Below, piece by piece: positions 19,505 to 29,440 of a stretch of 64,000 nt of DNA (within the stretch, counting starts at the first letter, position 1; each line of letters opens with the position of its first letter). The position numbers were made by a program, and so were the translations under genes. The notes beneath the pieces are model-generated. The model was not told the origin of the DNA. It searched no databases and saw only the letters and a list, made by a program, of their open reading frames with translations. The DNA lies in assembly GCA_031409655.1 (NCBI GenBank), contig JANNXQ010000107.1:32001-96000 (forward strand), given 5' to 3'. The stretch comes from Chthoniobacteraceae bacterium. Its GTDB lineage: Bacteria > Verrucomicrobiota > Verrucomicrobiia > Chthoniobacterales > Chthoniobacteraceae.

Positions 19505-20433
19505 AGTCCCCACGGCTCGCCGATCTCCCGCCACCACCGCCCGGAAAAGCCGGCTGGCCATGGACCGAGGAAACGCCCGTCGGCGCGCCGACGTCGTCGC
19601 TTCCCCGGATCTCGCTCGTCACCCCCTCTTTCAATCAAGCGCAGTTCCTTGAGGAAACACTCCGCTCCGCACTGCTTCAGGGCTACCCGGAGATGGAGTT
19701 GCTCGTCGTCGATGGCGGCAGCACCGACGGCTCAGTGGCGCTCATCGAAAGGTATGCGCCGCACCTGACCTGGTGGACGAGCGAGCGCGACAGCGGCCAA
19801 AGCCAGGCGATCAACAAAGGCTTCCGTCGCGCCACCGGCTCCGTGCTGGGCTGGCTGAATTCCGACGACGTGCTTTTCCCCGGCGCCCTGCAAGCCATCG
19901 GCCGCGCTGCCCTCGCGCAGCCCGCCGCCGGCCTCATCTACGGCGCCGGCGCAAAGATCAGCCCGTCAGGCGAAGTGCAAAAAGAGATCCCCTTTCGCCC
20001 GGTAAATCTGCGGCTGCTCCGCACCCAGTTTTATCTTTTGCAGCCTTCCAGTTTCTTCACCCGCGCGGCCCTCGACGCCGTCGGCCTGCTCGATGAAGAC
20101 CAGCACTACGTCATGGACTGGGATCTCGCCTTGCGCATCGCCCGTAAATTTCCCCTCCACGCGATCCCCGAAAAGATCGGGATGTGGCGCGACTATCCGG
20201 AGACGAAAACGCGCAGCTCACCAGAGACGCGCTGGTTTGAGATCGTCCGCACCGCGCAAAAATTCAACGGCGTCTGCGACCGCAACGTCATCGTCTTCTG
20301 GTTGCTCTATCTGCTCGCCCGCGCCCGCCGCGCCACGGGCTGGAGGGCCTTTGCGCACCTTGATCGCACGGCTCGCCGGCTTCTGAGCTGCATCTGGAGT
20401 GAAAACTCGTACATGGCGCATTCCTTCCGATGA
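19501..20433 (+). CDS. GT2 glycosyltransferase
   Basis: ISLVTPSFNQ, DGGSTDGS, GQSQAINKG, WLNSDD. Confidence 0.92.
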   Translation: MKSPRLADLPPPPPGKAGWPWTEETPVGAPTSSLPRISLVTPSFNQAQFLEETLRSALLQGYPEMELLVVDGGSTDGSVALIERYAPHLTWWTSERDSGQSQAINKGFRRATGSVLGWLNSDDVLFPGALQAIGRAALAQPAAGLIYGAGAKISPSGEVQKEIPFRPVNLRLLRTQFYLLQPSSFFTRAALDAVGLLDEDQHYVMDWDLALRIARKFPLHAIPEKIGMWRDYPETKTRSSPETRWFEIVRTAQKFNGVCDRNVIVFWLLYLLARARRATGWRAFAHLDRTARRLLSCIWSENSYMAHSFR

Positions 20434-21239
20434 CGAAGTCAGCACAATCCTCCGGCGGGCGTGTTATTCGCGCCCTGGGTGAAGTCGCCGGCAAGCTCTC
20501 CGCGCGCGCCCGCTCGAGCGCCCTCATCACCCGCTTCGGCAGCGCGGCCGAGGCGCTCAGCGCGAAGGATCGCGACCGCCTCTGGCAGATCACGGAAGTC
20601 CTCGATCGCCTCACCCCGCCGTTCCGCACGATCTACGACATCGGCGCCTTCGACGGCGCGTGGTCGGAAGCCTTTGCCATCTACAGCGGCGGCGATGTCT
20701 TTAGTTTCGAGCCGCTGCCGGAGATGGGTCGCGAGGTCGCCGCGCGCGCCGCCCGGCTTCCCCGCATCCATCTGCAACCGATTGCTTGCGGCACGGAAAC
20801 GGCGACTCGCGTGATGCACAAAGACGGGCACAAGACCGCCGCCAGTTCGCTGCTCCCGATGACGGATGTGCATCGCACGGAATTCCCGCTCACCGGAAAA
20901 TCGACCGAAACCTCCGTGCAGATCGCACCCCTCGACACCTGGTGCCGCGAGCACCGTCTGCCCGCACCGGACCTCGTGAAGATCGACGTGCAAGGCTTCG
21001 AACTCGCCGTCCTCGCGGGCGGACGAGAGACCCTCGAGCAGGCTCGCTACCTCTGGATCGAGCTAAACTTCGAAGAGTTCTACGCTGGCGGCAGCACCTT
21101 TGCGAAGAGCTACGCAGCGCTGGAAAAACTCGGCTTCGCGCTCGTCGATCTCGTCGATCCCATCCGCAGCAAAAGCAACGGTCGCCTGCTCTACCTCGAC
21201 GGCGTCTTTCGCAACCTCCGCCCGCCATCGACGCCGTGA
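20430..21239 (+). CDS. FkbM-family methyltransferase
   Basis: DIGAFDG, FEP, KIDVQGFELAVLAG. Confidence 0.9.
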   Translation: MTKSAQSSGGRVIRALGEVAGKLSARARSSALITRFGSAAEALSAKDRDRLWQITEVLDRLTPPFRTIYDIGAFDGAWSEAFAIYSGGDVFSFEPLPEMGREVAARAARLPRIHLQPIACGTETATRVMHKDGHKTAASSLLPMTDVHRTEFPLTGKSTETSVQIAPLDTWCREHRLPAPDLVKIDVQGFELAVLAGGRETLEQARYLWIELNFEEFYAGGSTFAKSYAALEKLGFALVDLVDPIRSKSNGRLLYLDGVFRNLRPPSTP

Positions 21240-22345
21240 GCGCACCGGCGCGCCAACCGGACGTCGTCTTCGCCTTTCGCGGTGGCCGCAGCCAGACGAT
21301 CGCCGCCGTCGCCGCCGCCACCATGCCGGACGAGTTCCTCTACGGCTTCGGCAAAGTGCGCGAACACTTTCCGACGAGCACGTTCATCGAACCCTCCGCC
21401 CGACGCACCCTGCTCCAACGTGCGCTCCGCCCTTTTGAAATGCTCACCGCCCGGCTCGGCTTCCCGATTTTCGCGGCGCCGACGCTGGAGAATCTCCGCA
21501 CCCTGCGCGCCGCTCGGATGCTCGTGGCAACGACCGACGGAACGGCGATGCCGCTGCTTCTGCTAAAAAAATTCGGCCTCTTGCGGACGCCCGTCATGTT
21601 CATCACTCAAGGCCTGCACAGCATCGGCGAATCGACGCGCGCGCTGCCCTGGTCGCGCGCTCTGCAGCGCGGAATCGGTGCCTGCATCGCTCAAGCCGCC
21701 GCGATCATCACCTTCGGCGATGGCGACACCGCAGCGCTGCGGAAGGCCTTTACTTTCTGCGCGCTGCCGGAGATCGCCACGATCCAGTTTGGCATCGACA
21801 GCGGCTACTGGCAGCCGGCGTCGGCTCCGGTCGAGGATTACGTGCTCAGCGTCGGCAGCGATCAGTTGCGTGATTACCCCACGCTCCTTGCCGCGATTGA
21901 TTCCACACCGCTCCGCCTCGTCACGCGGCTGCCGCTTCCCCCCGAAGCGCGGCGGCCAAACATCATCGTGCAAAGCAAACTCGAGTGGGCCGAACTGCGT
22001 GCGCTCTACCAGCGGGCGCGTTTCGTGGTCACGCCGGTGCAAGATCAGCCGCGCGATTCCGGCCACAGCGCCACGCTCCAGGCGATGGCCTGCGGCAAAG
22101 CCGTGATCATCTCGGACACCGCCGGTCTCTGGGATCGCGCCCACATGCGGCACGGCGAGCACTGCCACCTCGTCCGCCCCGGTGACCCCGCCGCCCTGCG
22201 CGCGGCGATTGCGTTTCTCACTGCCAACCCCCACGAGGCCGAACGCCTCGGCCGCAATGCGCGCCGCCTCGTCGAAGAACGCTACACCAGCGCTGCCTTT
22301 GGCTCGCAACTCTGCTTTCTCATCGAAAGGCATCTCCAGGCATGA
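21236..22345 (+). CDS. GT4 glycosyltransferase
   Basis: SVGSD..RDY, SG..ATLQAMACGKAVI, PGD..L; GTG start 21236. Confidence 0.85.
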   Translation: MSAPARQPDVVFAFRGGRSQTIAAVAAATMPDEFLYGFGKVREHFPTSTFIEPSARRTLLQRALRPFEMLTARLGFPIFAAPTLENLRTLRAARMLVATTDGTAMPLLLLKKFGLLRTPVMFITQGLHSIGESTRALPWSRALQRGIGACIAQAAAIITFGDGDTAALRKAFTFCALPEIATIQFGIDSGYWQPASAPVEDYVLSVGSDQLRDYPTLLAAIDSTPLRLVTRLPLPPEARRPNIIVQSKLEWAELRALYQRARFVVTPVQDQPRDSGHSATLQAMACGKAVIISDTAGLWDRAHMRHGEHCHLVRPGDPAALRAAIAFLTANPHEAERLGRNARRLVEERYTSAAFGSQLCFLIERHLQA

Positions 22346-23490
22346 AAATTCTCCTCATCGGCGGCGCGGGTTTCATCGGCACTGCGACGGCGGCGGCCCT
22401 GCTCGGCGCGGGGCACTCCGTGCGCATCGCCGATTCATTCGATCCGCAAATCCATGGCGCGGACTATCACACCTCACCCGCCTACCTGCGGCTCGAGGAG
22501 CACTGCGAAATTCAAGCTGGCGACGTGCGCGACCGCGCGGCGCTGGAGCGCACGCTCGAAGACATCGAGGCGGTGTACTTTTTCGCCGCCGGCACCGGCA
22601 CCGGGCAGTCGATGTATCAGGTCCATCGCTACTGCGATGTGAATGTGCTCGGCACCGCGGTCTTCGCGGAGCTGCTGCCGCAGTTCCGCGATCAGGTGCG
22701 CAAAGTCATCGTGAGTTCGAGCCGCGCGGTCTATGGCGAAGGCGCCTACCGCTGTGCGACGCACGGACGCATCCGCCCCGCCGGACGGACCGCCGAGCGC
22801 TTGCGCGAACGCCGATGGGACGTGCTCTGCCCCCACTGCGCTGCGCCCGCCGAGACCCTCGCCTCCGAGGAAGACGACGCCTGGGCGCCGACCTCCATCT
22901 ACGGCATCACCAAGCTCGCGCAGGAACAAATCCTCCTCCAGACCTGCGCGAACTTCGCCATCCCCGCCGTCCTCTTCCGCTACCAGAATGTGTACGGTCC
23001 CGGCCAGTCGCTGAAGAATCCCTACACCGGCATTCTCGCCATCTTCAGCCAGGTGCTCGCCCGCGGCGAAGAGGTCAACATCTTTGAAGACGGCCTGCCC
23101 ACGCGCGACTTCGTGCAGATCGACGACGTCGTGCATTACAACCTCCGCGCCCTCACCGCGGAGGCCCCGGAGCCGCTCGTGCTGAATGTCGGTTCCGGCG
23201 TGCGCACGACGCTGCTCGAACTGCTCGCCGCTCTCGCCGCCGCGCTCGGCGTGGAGCCGCGCCACCGGATCTCCGGCGACTTCCGGGCCGGCGACATCCG
23301 CCACGCCTGCGCCGATCTCCGCCGGCTCACGGCCACGCTCGGCCCGCGCGAATTCACCACGATTCAGGAAGGGGTCCGTGGCCTTGTCGCTTGGATTCTC
23401 GAGCAGGGGGGTGACGGACTTTCCACCACGGCCTATCGCAGCTCGCTCGATGAAATGCGCCGCGCCGGGATGATGGGCGCGCAGCGATGA
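22342..23490 (+). CDS. NAD-dependent epimerase/dehydratase with Cys-containing insert
   Basis: GGAGFIG, SSRAVYGEG, C..HG...CPHC, YGITK, QNVYGPGQSL.NPYTG. Confidence 0.9.
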   Translation: MKILLIGGAGFIGTATAAALLGAGHSVRIADSFDPQIHGADYHTSPAYLRLEEHCEIQAGDVRDRAALERTLEDIEAVYFFAAGTGTGQSMYQVHRYCDVNVLGTAVFAELLPQFRDQVRKVIVSSSRAVYGEGAYRCATHGRIRPAGRTAERLRERRWDVLCPHCAAPAETLASEEDDAWAPTSIYGITKLAQEQILLQTCANFAIPAVLFRYQNVYGPGQSLKNPYTGILAIFSQVLARGEEVNIFEDGLPTRDFVQIDDVVHYNLRALTAEAPEPLVLNVGSGVRTTLLELLAALAAALGVEPRHRISGDFRAGDIRHACADLRRLTATLGPREFTTIQEGVRGLVAWILEQGGDGLSTTAYRSSLDEMRRAGMMGAQR

Positions 23491-23695
23491 GCCAGCCGTC
23501 TTCGCTCGGCATTCTCATCAGCGTTTACTTCCCGTCTCGCTGGCTTGCGCAGTTCACCTGGCAATTGCTCGAAGCCTTCTGGCCCGCGCCGCCACCCATC
23601 TCGGCCGCAAGGCGCGCCGCCTCGTCGAAGAGCGCTACCCCAGCGCCGCCTTCGGCTCGCAACTCTGCGCCTTGATCGAACGTCACCTCCTGTGA
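23487..23695 (+). pseudogene. Chimeric remnant: 5' end of a paralog of 23692..24630 joined to the 3' end of a paralog of GT4 21236..22345
   Basis: LGILISVYFPSRWL...LEAFWP.PP resembles LCILAPVYHPYRWV...LAEFWP.HPP. 23600-23695 reads LGRKARRLVEERYPSAAFGSQLCALIERHLL*, against LGRNARRLVEERYTSAAFGSQLCFLIERHLQA* at 22247-22345. Confidence 0.85.
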
Positions 23696-24630
23696 TTCCC
23701 CCAACAGACCAGCAGGCGCCCGCACCGCTTTGCATCCTTGCACCCGTCTATCACCCGTATCGCTGGGTCGCACCGCACCTCGCGCGCTGTCTCGCCGAAT
23801 TCTGGCCGGATCATCCGCCGCTCTTCTTCTGCGGGCTCACCGGGGAAGAAGCGGGCTCGCTACCGGCGCTGCCCGTGAAAAGCGCGCACCTGCCACGCGA
23901 CTGGGCAGCCTTCGTGCGCGACGCGACCGACGAGCTTTCGTCGCGCGGATTCACGAAGTGTTACCTCGTTCTCGAGGAGCATCTCCCGCTCGACCAGTGC
24001 CACAGCGAGCACCTCAATCACACCCTCCCGCGGATCCTCGATGAACTCGACGCCGCCTACATCGGCCTCATGGGCTGGGACAATCGCCGCTACGCCACCC
24101 GCGCCCCGATCCTCGGCGCCGACCGCTTCCACTGCATGCATCTCACGCCGCCGAATGCGCCGCGTTTTCATCTTCATCCCTCGCTCTGGCGCATCGCGGC
24201 GCTGCGCGATTGCCTCGATCTTACTTTGCAGGACGACACCCACACACCGTGGCGTTTTGAAAAAATCACCGAGCGCGCGGACGCGAAGCTGCCGGAGCGT
24301 TGGAAAAAAGGCTGCTACCAGGTCTGTGGACGCGAACTCAGCGCGCGAAAATTCACGGCTTGGGAGACCTTCATCCGCCGCTCGAAGCGCGCGATCTTCC
24401 TCAAACTCATGAGCGTTTTTCCGCTGCTGCCCCAGGGCCTCGGGAAAGCGTACTGGCACGCCGTCGGGTTCGATCGCTTCATTTTCGAAGGGCCTTACCC
24501 GATGTTTTTCTCCGGCGTGATGGCCAAAGGCGGCCTGAACTCTTACTTCGTGGACTACATGAAATCGCAGCCCCAGCACCACGCGCTGATCGACTCGCTC
24601 CTCGCCGCGCGCGCCAGCCACACTCCGTAG
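23692..24630 (+). CDS. Hypothetical protein, possibly GT-A-like
   Basis: Long ORF with a GTG start overlapping TGA; YLVLEEH may correspond to an acidic GT motif. Confidence 0.55.
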   Translation: MIPPTDQQAPAPLCILAPVYHPYRWVAPHLARCLAEFWPDHPPLFFCGLTGEEAGSLPALPVKSAHLPRDWAAFVRDATDELSSRGFTKCYLVLEEHLPLDQCHSEHLNHTLPRILDELDAAYIGLMGWDNRRYATRAPILGADRFHCMHLTPPNAPRFHLHPSLWRIAALRDCLDLTLQDDTHTPWRFEKITERADAKLPERWKKGCYQVCGRELSARKFTAWETFIRRSKRAIFLKLMSVFPLLPQGLGKAYWHAVGFDRFIFEGPYPMFFSGVMAKGGLNSYFVDYMKSQPQHHALIDSLLAARASHTP

Positions 24631-24680
24631 CGCCTGATGAAATCCTCGAACTCTCGGCGCCCAGCGCGCCAGCAGCGGAG

Positions 24681-24801
24681 GAGTAGCGCAGGCTTCCAGC
24701 CTGTGGGAGTGCCGCGGGCATCCTTGCCTGCTTTTTGCGTAGCCGAACGAAGCAGGCTGGAAGCCTGCGCCAACCCGACAGGCTGGAAGCCTGCGCTACT
24801 C
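24681..24801. repeat. GTAG-type REP doublet (REPIN-like)
   Basis: Perfect 24-bp inverted repeat GAGTAGCGCAGGCTTCCAGCCTGT (24681-24704 / 24778-24801) plus an internal partial copy at 24752-24770. Confidence 0.85.
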
Positions 24802-24809
24802 ACCTTCCC

Positions 24810-25784
24810 ATGATCGGAAGCGGAATCGTCTGGCAATTCATCAAGTGGCACAAGCTCTCCGGCAACTGGCTGGCGGAGCGGCTCTTTGATCGCCCGCTCC
24901 CTCCGCCCACCGCGCGCGAACTCCAGCTCGCCGCCGAGCTGAAGGAGGAACTGCTGAACGCACCCGCGGCGAACATGCTGCCGAAGTGGGTGACCTTCCG
25001 CGATACGATCCGGCAAAACTTCGAGTCGTATGATCCGCGCACCTTCCTGCGCTGGACGCTGGTCCAGCACACCATGTGCGTCACGAATTCCGGGCAAATG
25101 GTCCGCGAGTGGCCCGCGCTGAGGAGTTCGCGGGACTGGCCACGTTTTGAAAAAGCCGTCCGCGAATCGGATGTCGGCAATCCGATCCGCTTCCTCTACC
25201 ACCCGCAGAGCAGCGGGAATCTCCTGCATCACTGCTACCACGTGATGCGCTTCGAGGAACTGACCGGGCTCAATGTATCGAACCTGGAACTGGTCGTGGA
25301 ATTCGGCGGCGGCTACGGCAGCATGTGCCGCCTCCTGCACAATCTCCGCTTCCGCGGCGCCTACCTCATCTACGACTTGCCCGAGTTTTCCGCGCTCCAG
25401 CGTTACTTCCTGAAGAGCCTCGGCCTGCCCGTCCGTGATCGCGACGACGTGCTATCGACTGATGGCATCTTCCTTTTCTCCGAACTGCCGAAGCTCGAAG
25501 CGACCCTCCAGCGCCTCGGCGCCAGGCAACCATCCGCCTTCATCGCCACGTGGTCCCTCTCCGAGTCGCCGGTCGAGCTGCGCGAAAAATTCCTCCCCCT
25601 CGTGCGCGACTTCGAGGGCTTCCTGATCGCCTTCCAGGACAAATTCGGCCCGGTGGATAACTGCGACTTCTTCCGCAAATTCCGCGAGTCCACCGCCGAG
25701 AAGATCGACTGGACGCCCCGCGCCCTCCGCCACATTCCCAACAACAACTACCTCTTTGGCCGCCAACGATGCGCGAAGCTCTGA
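24810..25784 (+). CDS. Putative sugar O-methyltransferase
   Basis: E..VGNP, VVEFGGGYGSMCR, YDLPE..LQ.YFL, IATWSLSE. Confidence 0.75.
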   Translation: MIGSGIVWQFIKWHKLSGNWLAERLFDRPLPPPTARELQLAAELKEELLNAPAANMLPKWVTFRDTIRQNFESYDPRTFLRWTLVQHTMCVTNSGQMVREWPALRSSRDWPRFEKAVRESDVGNPIRFLYHPQSSGNLLHHCYHVMRFEELTGLNVSNLELVVEFGGGYGSMCRLLHNLRFRGAYLIYDLPEFSALQRYFLKSLGLPVRDRDDVLSTDGIFLFSELPKLEATLQRLGARQPSAFIATWSLSESPVELREKFLPLVRDFEGFLIAFQDKFGPVDNCDFFRKFRESTAEKIDWTPRALRHIPNNNYLFGRQRCAKL

Positions 25785-26560
25785 TCCCGCAGATTCATCC
25801 CGCCTTCTGGCTGAAAACACTCCTGCACCGCGTGATGCCCGGCGGCTTCGGCTACCACCGCAAGCTGCGCACGAAGGTGGATCCCAACTACGTCCACGAG
25901 CGCGACAAACACGCCGTCCGCCACAAGCATCACGGCGCCGGCGGCTGGCAGGAAGCCGACGACACCACCGGCATCCAGCGCCGCGACTACTCGGACTACG
26001 ACGAATACCTCACCCACCAGAAGCTGAAGCTCGATGAGATGCTGAAGACGAAGGGCGGCTTCACGAATGCGGAGATCGTCCACTTCCGGCTGAACTTTTA
26101 CCTCCGCTTCCGTGAGCTCACGCGGCTGCTTCCGCCAGAGGCGAAAATGCTCTGCATGGGCGCGCGGCAGGGCACGGAGGTGGAAGTCTTGCGCGACCTC
26201 GGCTTCGCCCATGCGACCGGCATCGACCTCAACCCAGGCCCCGACAATCCGCTCGTGAAGCCGGGCGATTTCATGCGCCTCGATTTTCCCGATTCGTCGC
26301 TCGATCTGCTCTACACGAATTGCGTCGATCACGCCTTTGACCTCGAGGCGTTCTTCGCCGAACACGCGCGCGCCATGAAGCCCGATGGCTACGTGCTCTA
26401 CGACGTGGGGATCAATATGGAAGAAGGCGGCGGCGCTTTCGAAGCGCTGTCGTGGAAACGCACGGAAGACGTGCTCGAGATCATGCTCCGGCATTTCAAG
26501 CGCATCGTGCGCGTCCAGCGCGAGACGCAGTGGATGTGGATCCTGCTGCAAGGCAAGTAG
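25769..26560 (+). CDS. Class I SAM-dependent methyltransferase
   Basis: LCMGARQGTEV, GIDL, GDF..LDFPDSSLD..YTN.VDH, KPDG. Confidence 0.8.
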   Translation: MREALIPQIHPAFWLKTLLHRVMPGGFGYHRKLRTKVDPNYVHERDKHAVRHKHHGAGGWQEADDTTGIQRRDYSDYDEYLTHQKLKLDEMLKTKGGFTNAEIVHFRLNFYLRFRELTRLLPPEAKMLCMGARQGTEVEVLRDLGFAHATGIDLNPGPDNPLVKPGDFMRLDFPDSSLDLLYTNCVDHAFDLEAFFAEHARAMKPDGYVLYDVGINMEEGGGAFEALSWKRTEDVLEIMLRHFKRIVRVQRETQWMWILLQGK

Positions 26561-26563
26561 CCG

Positions 26564-27361
26564 ATGCCGGAGCGCCAGATCGTCGGGATCGTCCTCGCGC
26601 GCAATGAGGACCTGCAGATCCGGCAAGCGGTCGAAAACGTCGCCGCCTTCTGCGACCGGCTGATCCTCTGCGATCACGGCTCCACGGATGGCACCGCGGA
26701 AATCTTTGCGGATCTCACCGCGCGGCATTCGCAGATCGAGGCGCACCGGCTCATCCATTCGCGCGAATCGCACGCTTTGCTCGAAGTCTATGCCGGCTCG
26801 GAGGCCTGGATCTTCGGGGTGGATGGGGATGAAATTTATGATCCCGCCCGCCTCGCTGTTTTGCGCACGCAGCTTCTGGGCGGACGCTACTCCGACTCGT
26901 GGATGATCCTCGGGAACGTGCTCAACTGCGACTTCGTCGATCCGGCGGGCAAGACGGCCGCTGGCTGGCTCGCCCCACCGTGCCGCAGCATCACGAAGCT
27001 GTATAACTTCAGCGTGATCCGCTCGTGGAGCGGAGTAGAGAAAGAGCGCTTGCACGGCGGCTTTATCGATTTTGCTCCCGGCCACCACGCCTCCGACCGC
27101 TTGTATCTGCACGAGAAAACTTCCTGGGAGGAAGCCCCGCTCCGCTGCCTGCACACGTGTTTCGTGCCCCGCAGCAGCCTCGATCAAGGACAACTCACAG
27201 TGCGGGAAAACATCATGGACCAGCACCACTCCGGCCTGCTCGGCACCGCCCGGCGGTGGTGGAAAAACCTCCGCGGCGTTCCGGTCGAGTCCGCCTGGAA
27301 AAAATCGCGCTACATGCGCGGTGAACGCGTGACCATCGACGCGCGCGCCTTCTTCCCGTGA
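26564..27361 (+). CDS. GT2 glycosyltransferase
   Basis: LARNE, DHGSTDGT, VDGDE. Confidence 0.8.
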   Translation: MPERQIVGIVLARNEDLQIRQAVENVAAFCDRLILCDHGSTDGTAEIFADLTARHSQIEAHRLIHSRESHALLEVYAGSEAWIFGVDGDEIYDPARLAVLRTQLLGGRYSDSWMILGNVLNCDFVDPAGKTAAGWLAPPCRSITKLYNFSVIRSWSGVEKERLHGGFIDFAPGHHASDRLYLHEKTSWEEAPLRCLHTCFVPRSSLDQGQLTVRENIMDQHHSGLLGTARRWWKNLRGVPVESAWKKSRYMRGERVTIDARAFFP

Positions 27362-28332
27362 AGCTCTTCCGTCGCCCGGAACCCGTGGCGAGGGTCGCCT
27401 TTAACACGCGTCCACTCGCCGGACCCTACGGCGGCGCGAACCAATGGGTGACGCAGCTCACGCGTTACCTTGAGCAATGCGGCTACGAAGTCCGTTACGA
27501 CCTGCGGAAGCCGGTCGATTGTCTCATGCTCACCCATCAAGGCACGAGCGGGCGGCTGCTCTTCAGCGCCGCGGAAATCCAGGACTACCGCAGCAAGCAT
27601 CCGCGCGGGCGCGTGATTCAGCGGATCAACGACAACGACCGGCGCAAAGGCACGGACGAAATGAATCACCTGCTCGCCGAGACGAACGCCGTGACCGATC
27701 ACACCGTCTTCGTCTCCGAATGGTTGCGCGAGCATCACGCGGGGCTCTGGTTTGACGGCAAGAAACCCAGCTCCGTGATCCTAAACGGCGCGGACCCCGC
27801 CACCTTTCACCCCATCGGCGGGAGCGCCTACGATGGACGCGGGCCGCTCCGGCTGGTCACGCATCACTGGTCGGATAACTGGAACAAGGGCTTCAAAGTG
27901 TACGCCGAGATCGACGCGATGATCGCCGACGGACGCCTGCCGAATACCGCGCTGCGGGTCATCGGTCGCTGGCCGGCCGAGATTCGGTGGCGCGCGGCGG
28001 AGACCTTTGGCCCGCACTCGGGCCGTCCGCTCGCCCGACTGCTGCGGGAGTGCCACGTCCTCGTCAGCGCGTCGCTCTGGGAGCCAGGAGCCATGCATCC
28101 CGTCGAGGGCATCCAGTGCGGCTTACCGCTGCTCTATCATGCAGACAGCGGTGGCACCGTGGAGCTCGGGCAAAAGTTTGGCGTCAGCTTCCGCGACGAC
28201 CTTGCCGGGGCGATCGAGCAAGTCCGCCAGCGCTATCCGGAACTCCGCGCCCGTGCCGTGTCCGAGCCACCCTCCGGCGACCTCATGTGCCTGGAATACC
28301 GGCGGCTGATCCAGCGTTGCATCGCCTTGTGA
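27358..28332 (+). CDS. GT4-like glycosyltransferase
   Basis: GPYGGANQ, VFVSEW, NGAD..F, HHWS.N.NKG, EP..MH..EG.QCGLP. Confidence 0.8.
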   Translation: MKLFRRPEPVARVAFNTRPLAGPYGGANQWVTQLTRYLEQCGYEVRYDLRKPVDCLMLTHQGTSGRLLFSAAEIQDYRSKHPRGRVIQRINDNDRRKGTDEMNHLLAETNAVTDHTVFVSEWLREHHAGLWFDGKKPSSVILNGADPATFHPIGGSAYDGRGPLRLVTHHWSDNWNKGFKVYAEIDAMIADGRLPNTALRVIGRWPAEIRWRAAETFGPHSGRPLARLLRECHVLVSASLWEPGAMHPVEGIQCGLPLLYHADSGGTVELGQKFGVSFRDDLAGAIEQVRQRYPELRARAVSEPPSGDLMCLEYRRLIQRCIAL

Positions 28333-29435
28333 ATCGGGCCATCTGGTTCTTCAAGGTCGGTTCGTTTTCCCACATCAATGACCATGTCCGGGCGATCCTT
28401 GAGCGGGAGTTTCCGGAGTATTCCGTCCGCGTCATTGATGTCGCCAGCGACATCCTCCGCGGTCGTCCTTTCACCACTGCGCGCTGTCTGCTCGATGCGC
28501 TCCGCATCTATCCGCGCGAGATCTTCGGCAAGCGCCGCAAGCCCACGGATTTTCTCCTCCGCACGCCCACGGCATTCCGCGCGAGCCGGCAGTGGTCGCG
28601 GGAAAATGTGCGCGCCGGCGAGGTGGCGTTTACCTTTCAGACGCAATCCCTCTTCGACGCGAGCGGCGCGGGCGTTCCGCATTTCGTGTACACCGACCAA
28701 ACCTGCCTCGCGAACCGCCGCTATCCCGTGGCGGTGAATCCGGAGTTGCTCGATCCGCGGTGGCTCGCCGTGGAGCGCACCGTGTACGAGTCCGCACGCG
28801 TGACTTTTACCACGAGCACGTTTGCGCTGCGCTCGCTGACGGAAGATTACGGAGTCGAGGAATCTCTGGCGAGCTGCGTGCTTTCCGGGGCCAACGTGGA
28901 AATCGAGGAGCCCAGCGCGAAAGATTTCGGCGGACTCATCCTTTTCGTGGGCGTGGACTGGAAGCGGAAGGGCGGGCTGGATCTCGTGCAGGCTTTTGAG
29001 CAGGTGCTCGTCGCCCATCCGTCCGCGCGCCTGCGCATCATCGGCTGCGCGCCGCACGTGAATCATCCTCGCATCGAAGCACTCGGACGCGTGCCTCTCG
29101 CCGAGATGAACCGTCACTTTCGCGAGGCCGATATTTTCTGCCTGCCGAGCTGCCACGAGCCCTCCGCGTCCGTGCTCGTGGAAGCGATGAGCCACGGTCT
29201 GCCCATCGTGAGCACCCGCGTCGGCGGCACGCCCGATCGCTGCCTTCACGGCGAGACCGGCCTGCTCGTGAACGCTGGCGACATTCCCGCACTCGCCGCC
29301 GCACTCGGCGCGCTGCTTTCCGATCCCGCGCGCTGCCGCACGATGGGAGAAGCTGGTCGCCGCTTCGCCCGCGATCGCTTTTCGTGGGAGATCGTCGGTC
29401 GGAAGATCGCCGCGAAGATTCGCGAGACCATCTGA
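28329..29435 (+). CDS. GT4 glycosyltransferase
   Basis: LFVG.DWKRKG, PS.HEP...VEAMSHGLP, GETGLLV. Confidence 0.9.
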   Translation: MNRAIWFFKVGSFSHINDHVRAILEREFPEYSVRVIDVASDILRGRPFTTARCLLDALRIYPREIFGKRRKPTDFLLRTPTAFRASRQWSRENVRAGEVAFTFQTQSLFDASGAGVPHFVYTDQTCLANRRYPVAVNPELLDPRWLAVERTVYESARVTFTTSTFALRSLTEDYGVEESLASCVLSGANVEIEEPSAKDFGGLILFVGVDWKRKGGLDLVQAFEQVLVAHPSARLRIIGCAPHVNHPRIEALGRVPLAEMNRHFREADIFCLPSCHEPSASVLVEAMSHGLPIVSTRVGGTPDRCLHGETGLLVNAGDIPALAAALGALLSDPARCRTMGEAGRRFARDRFSWEIVGRKIAAKIRETI

Positions 29436-29440
29436 GTCCG

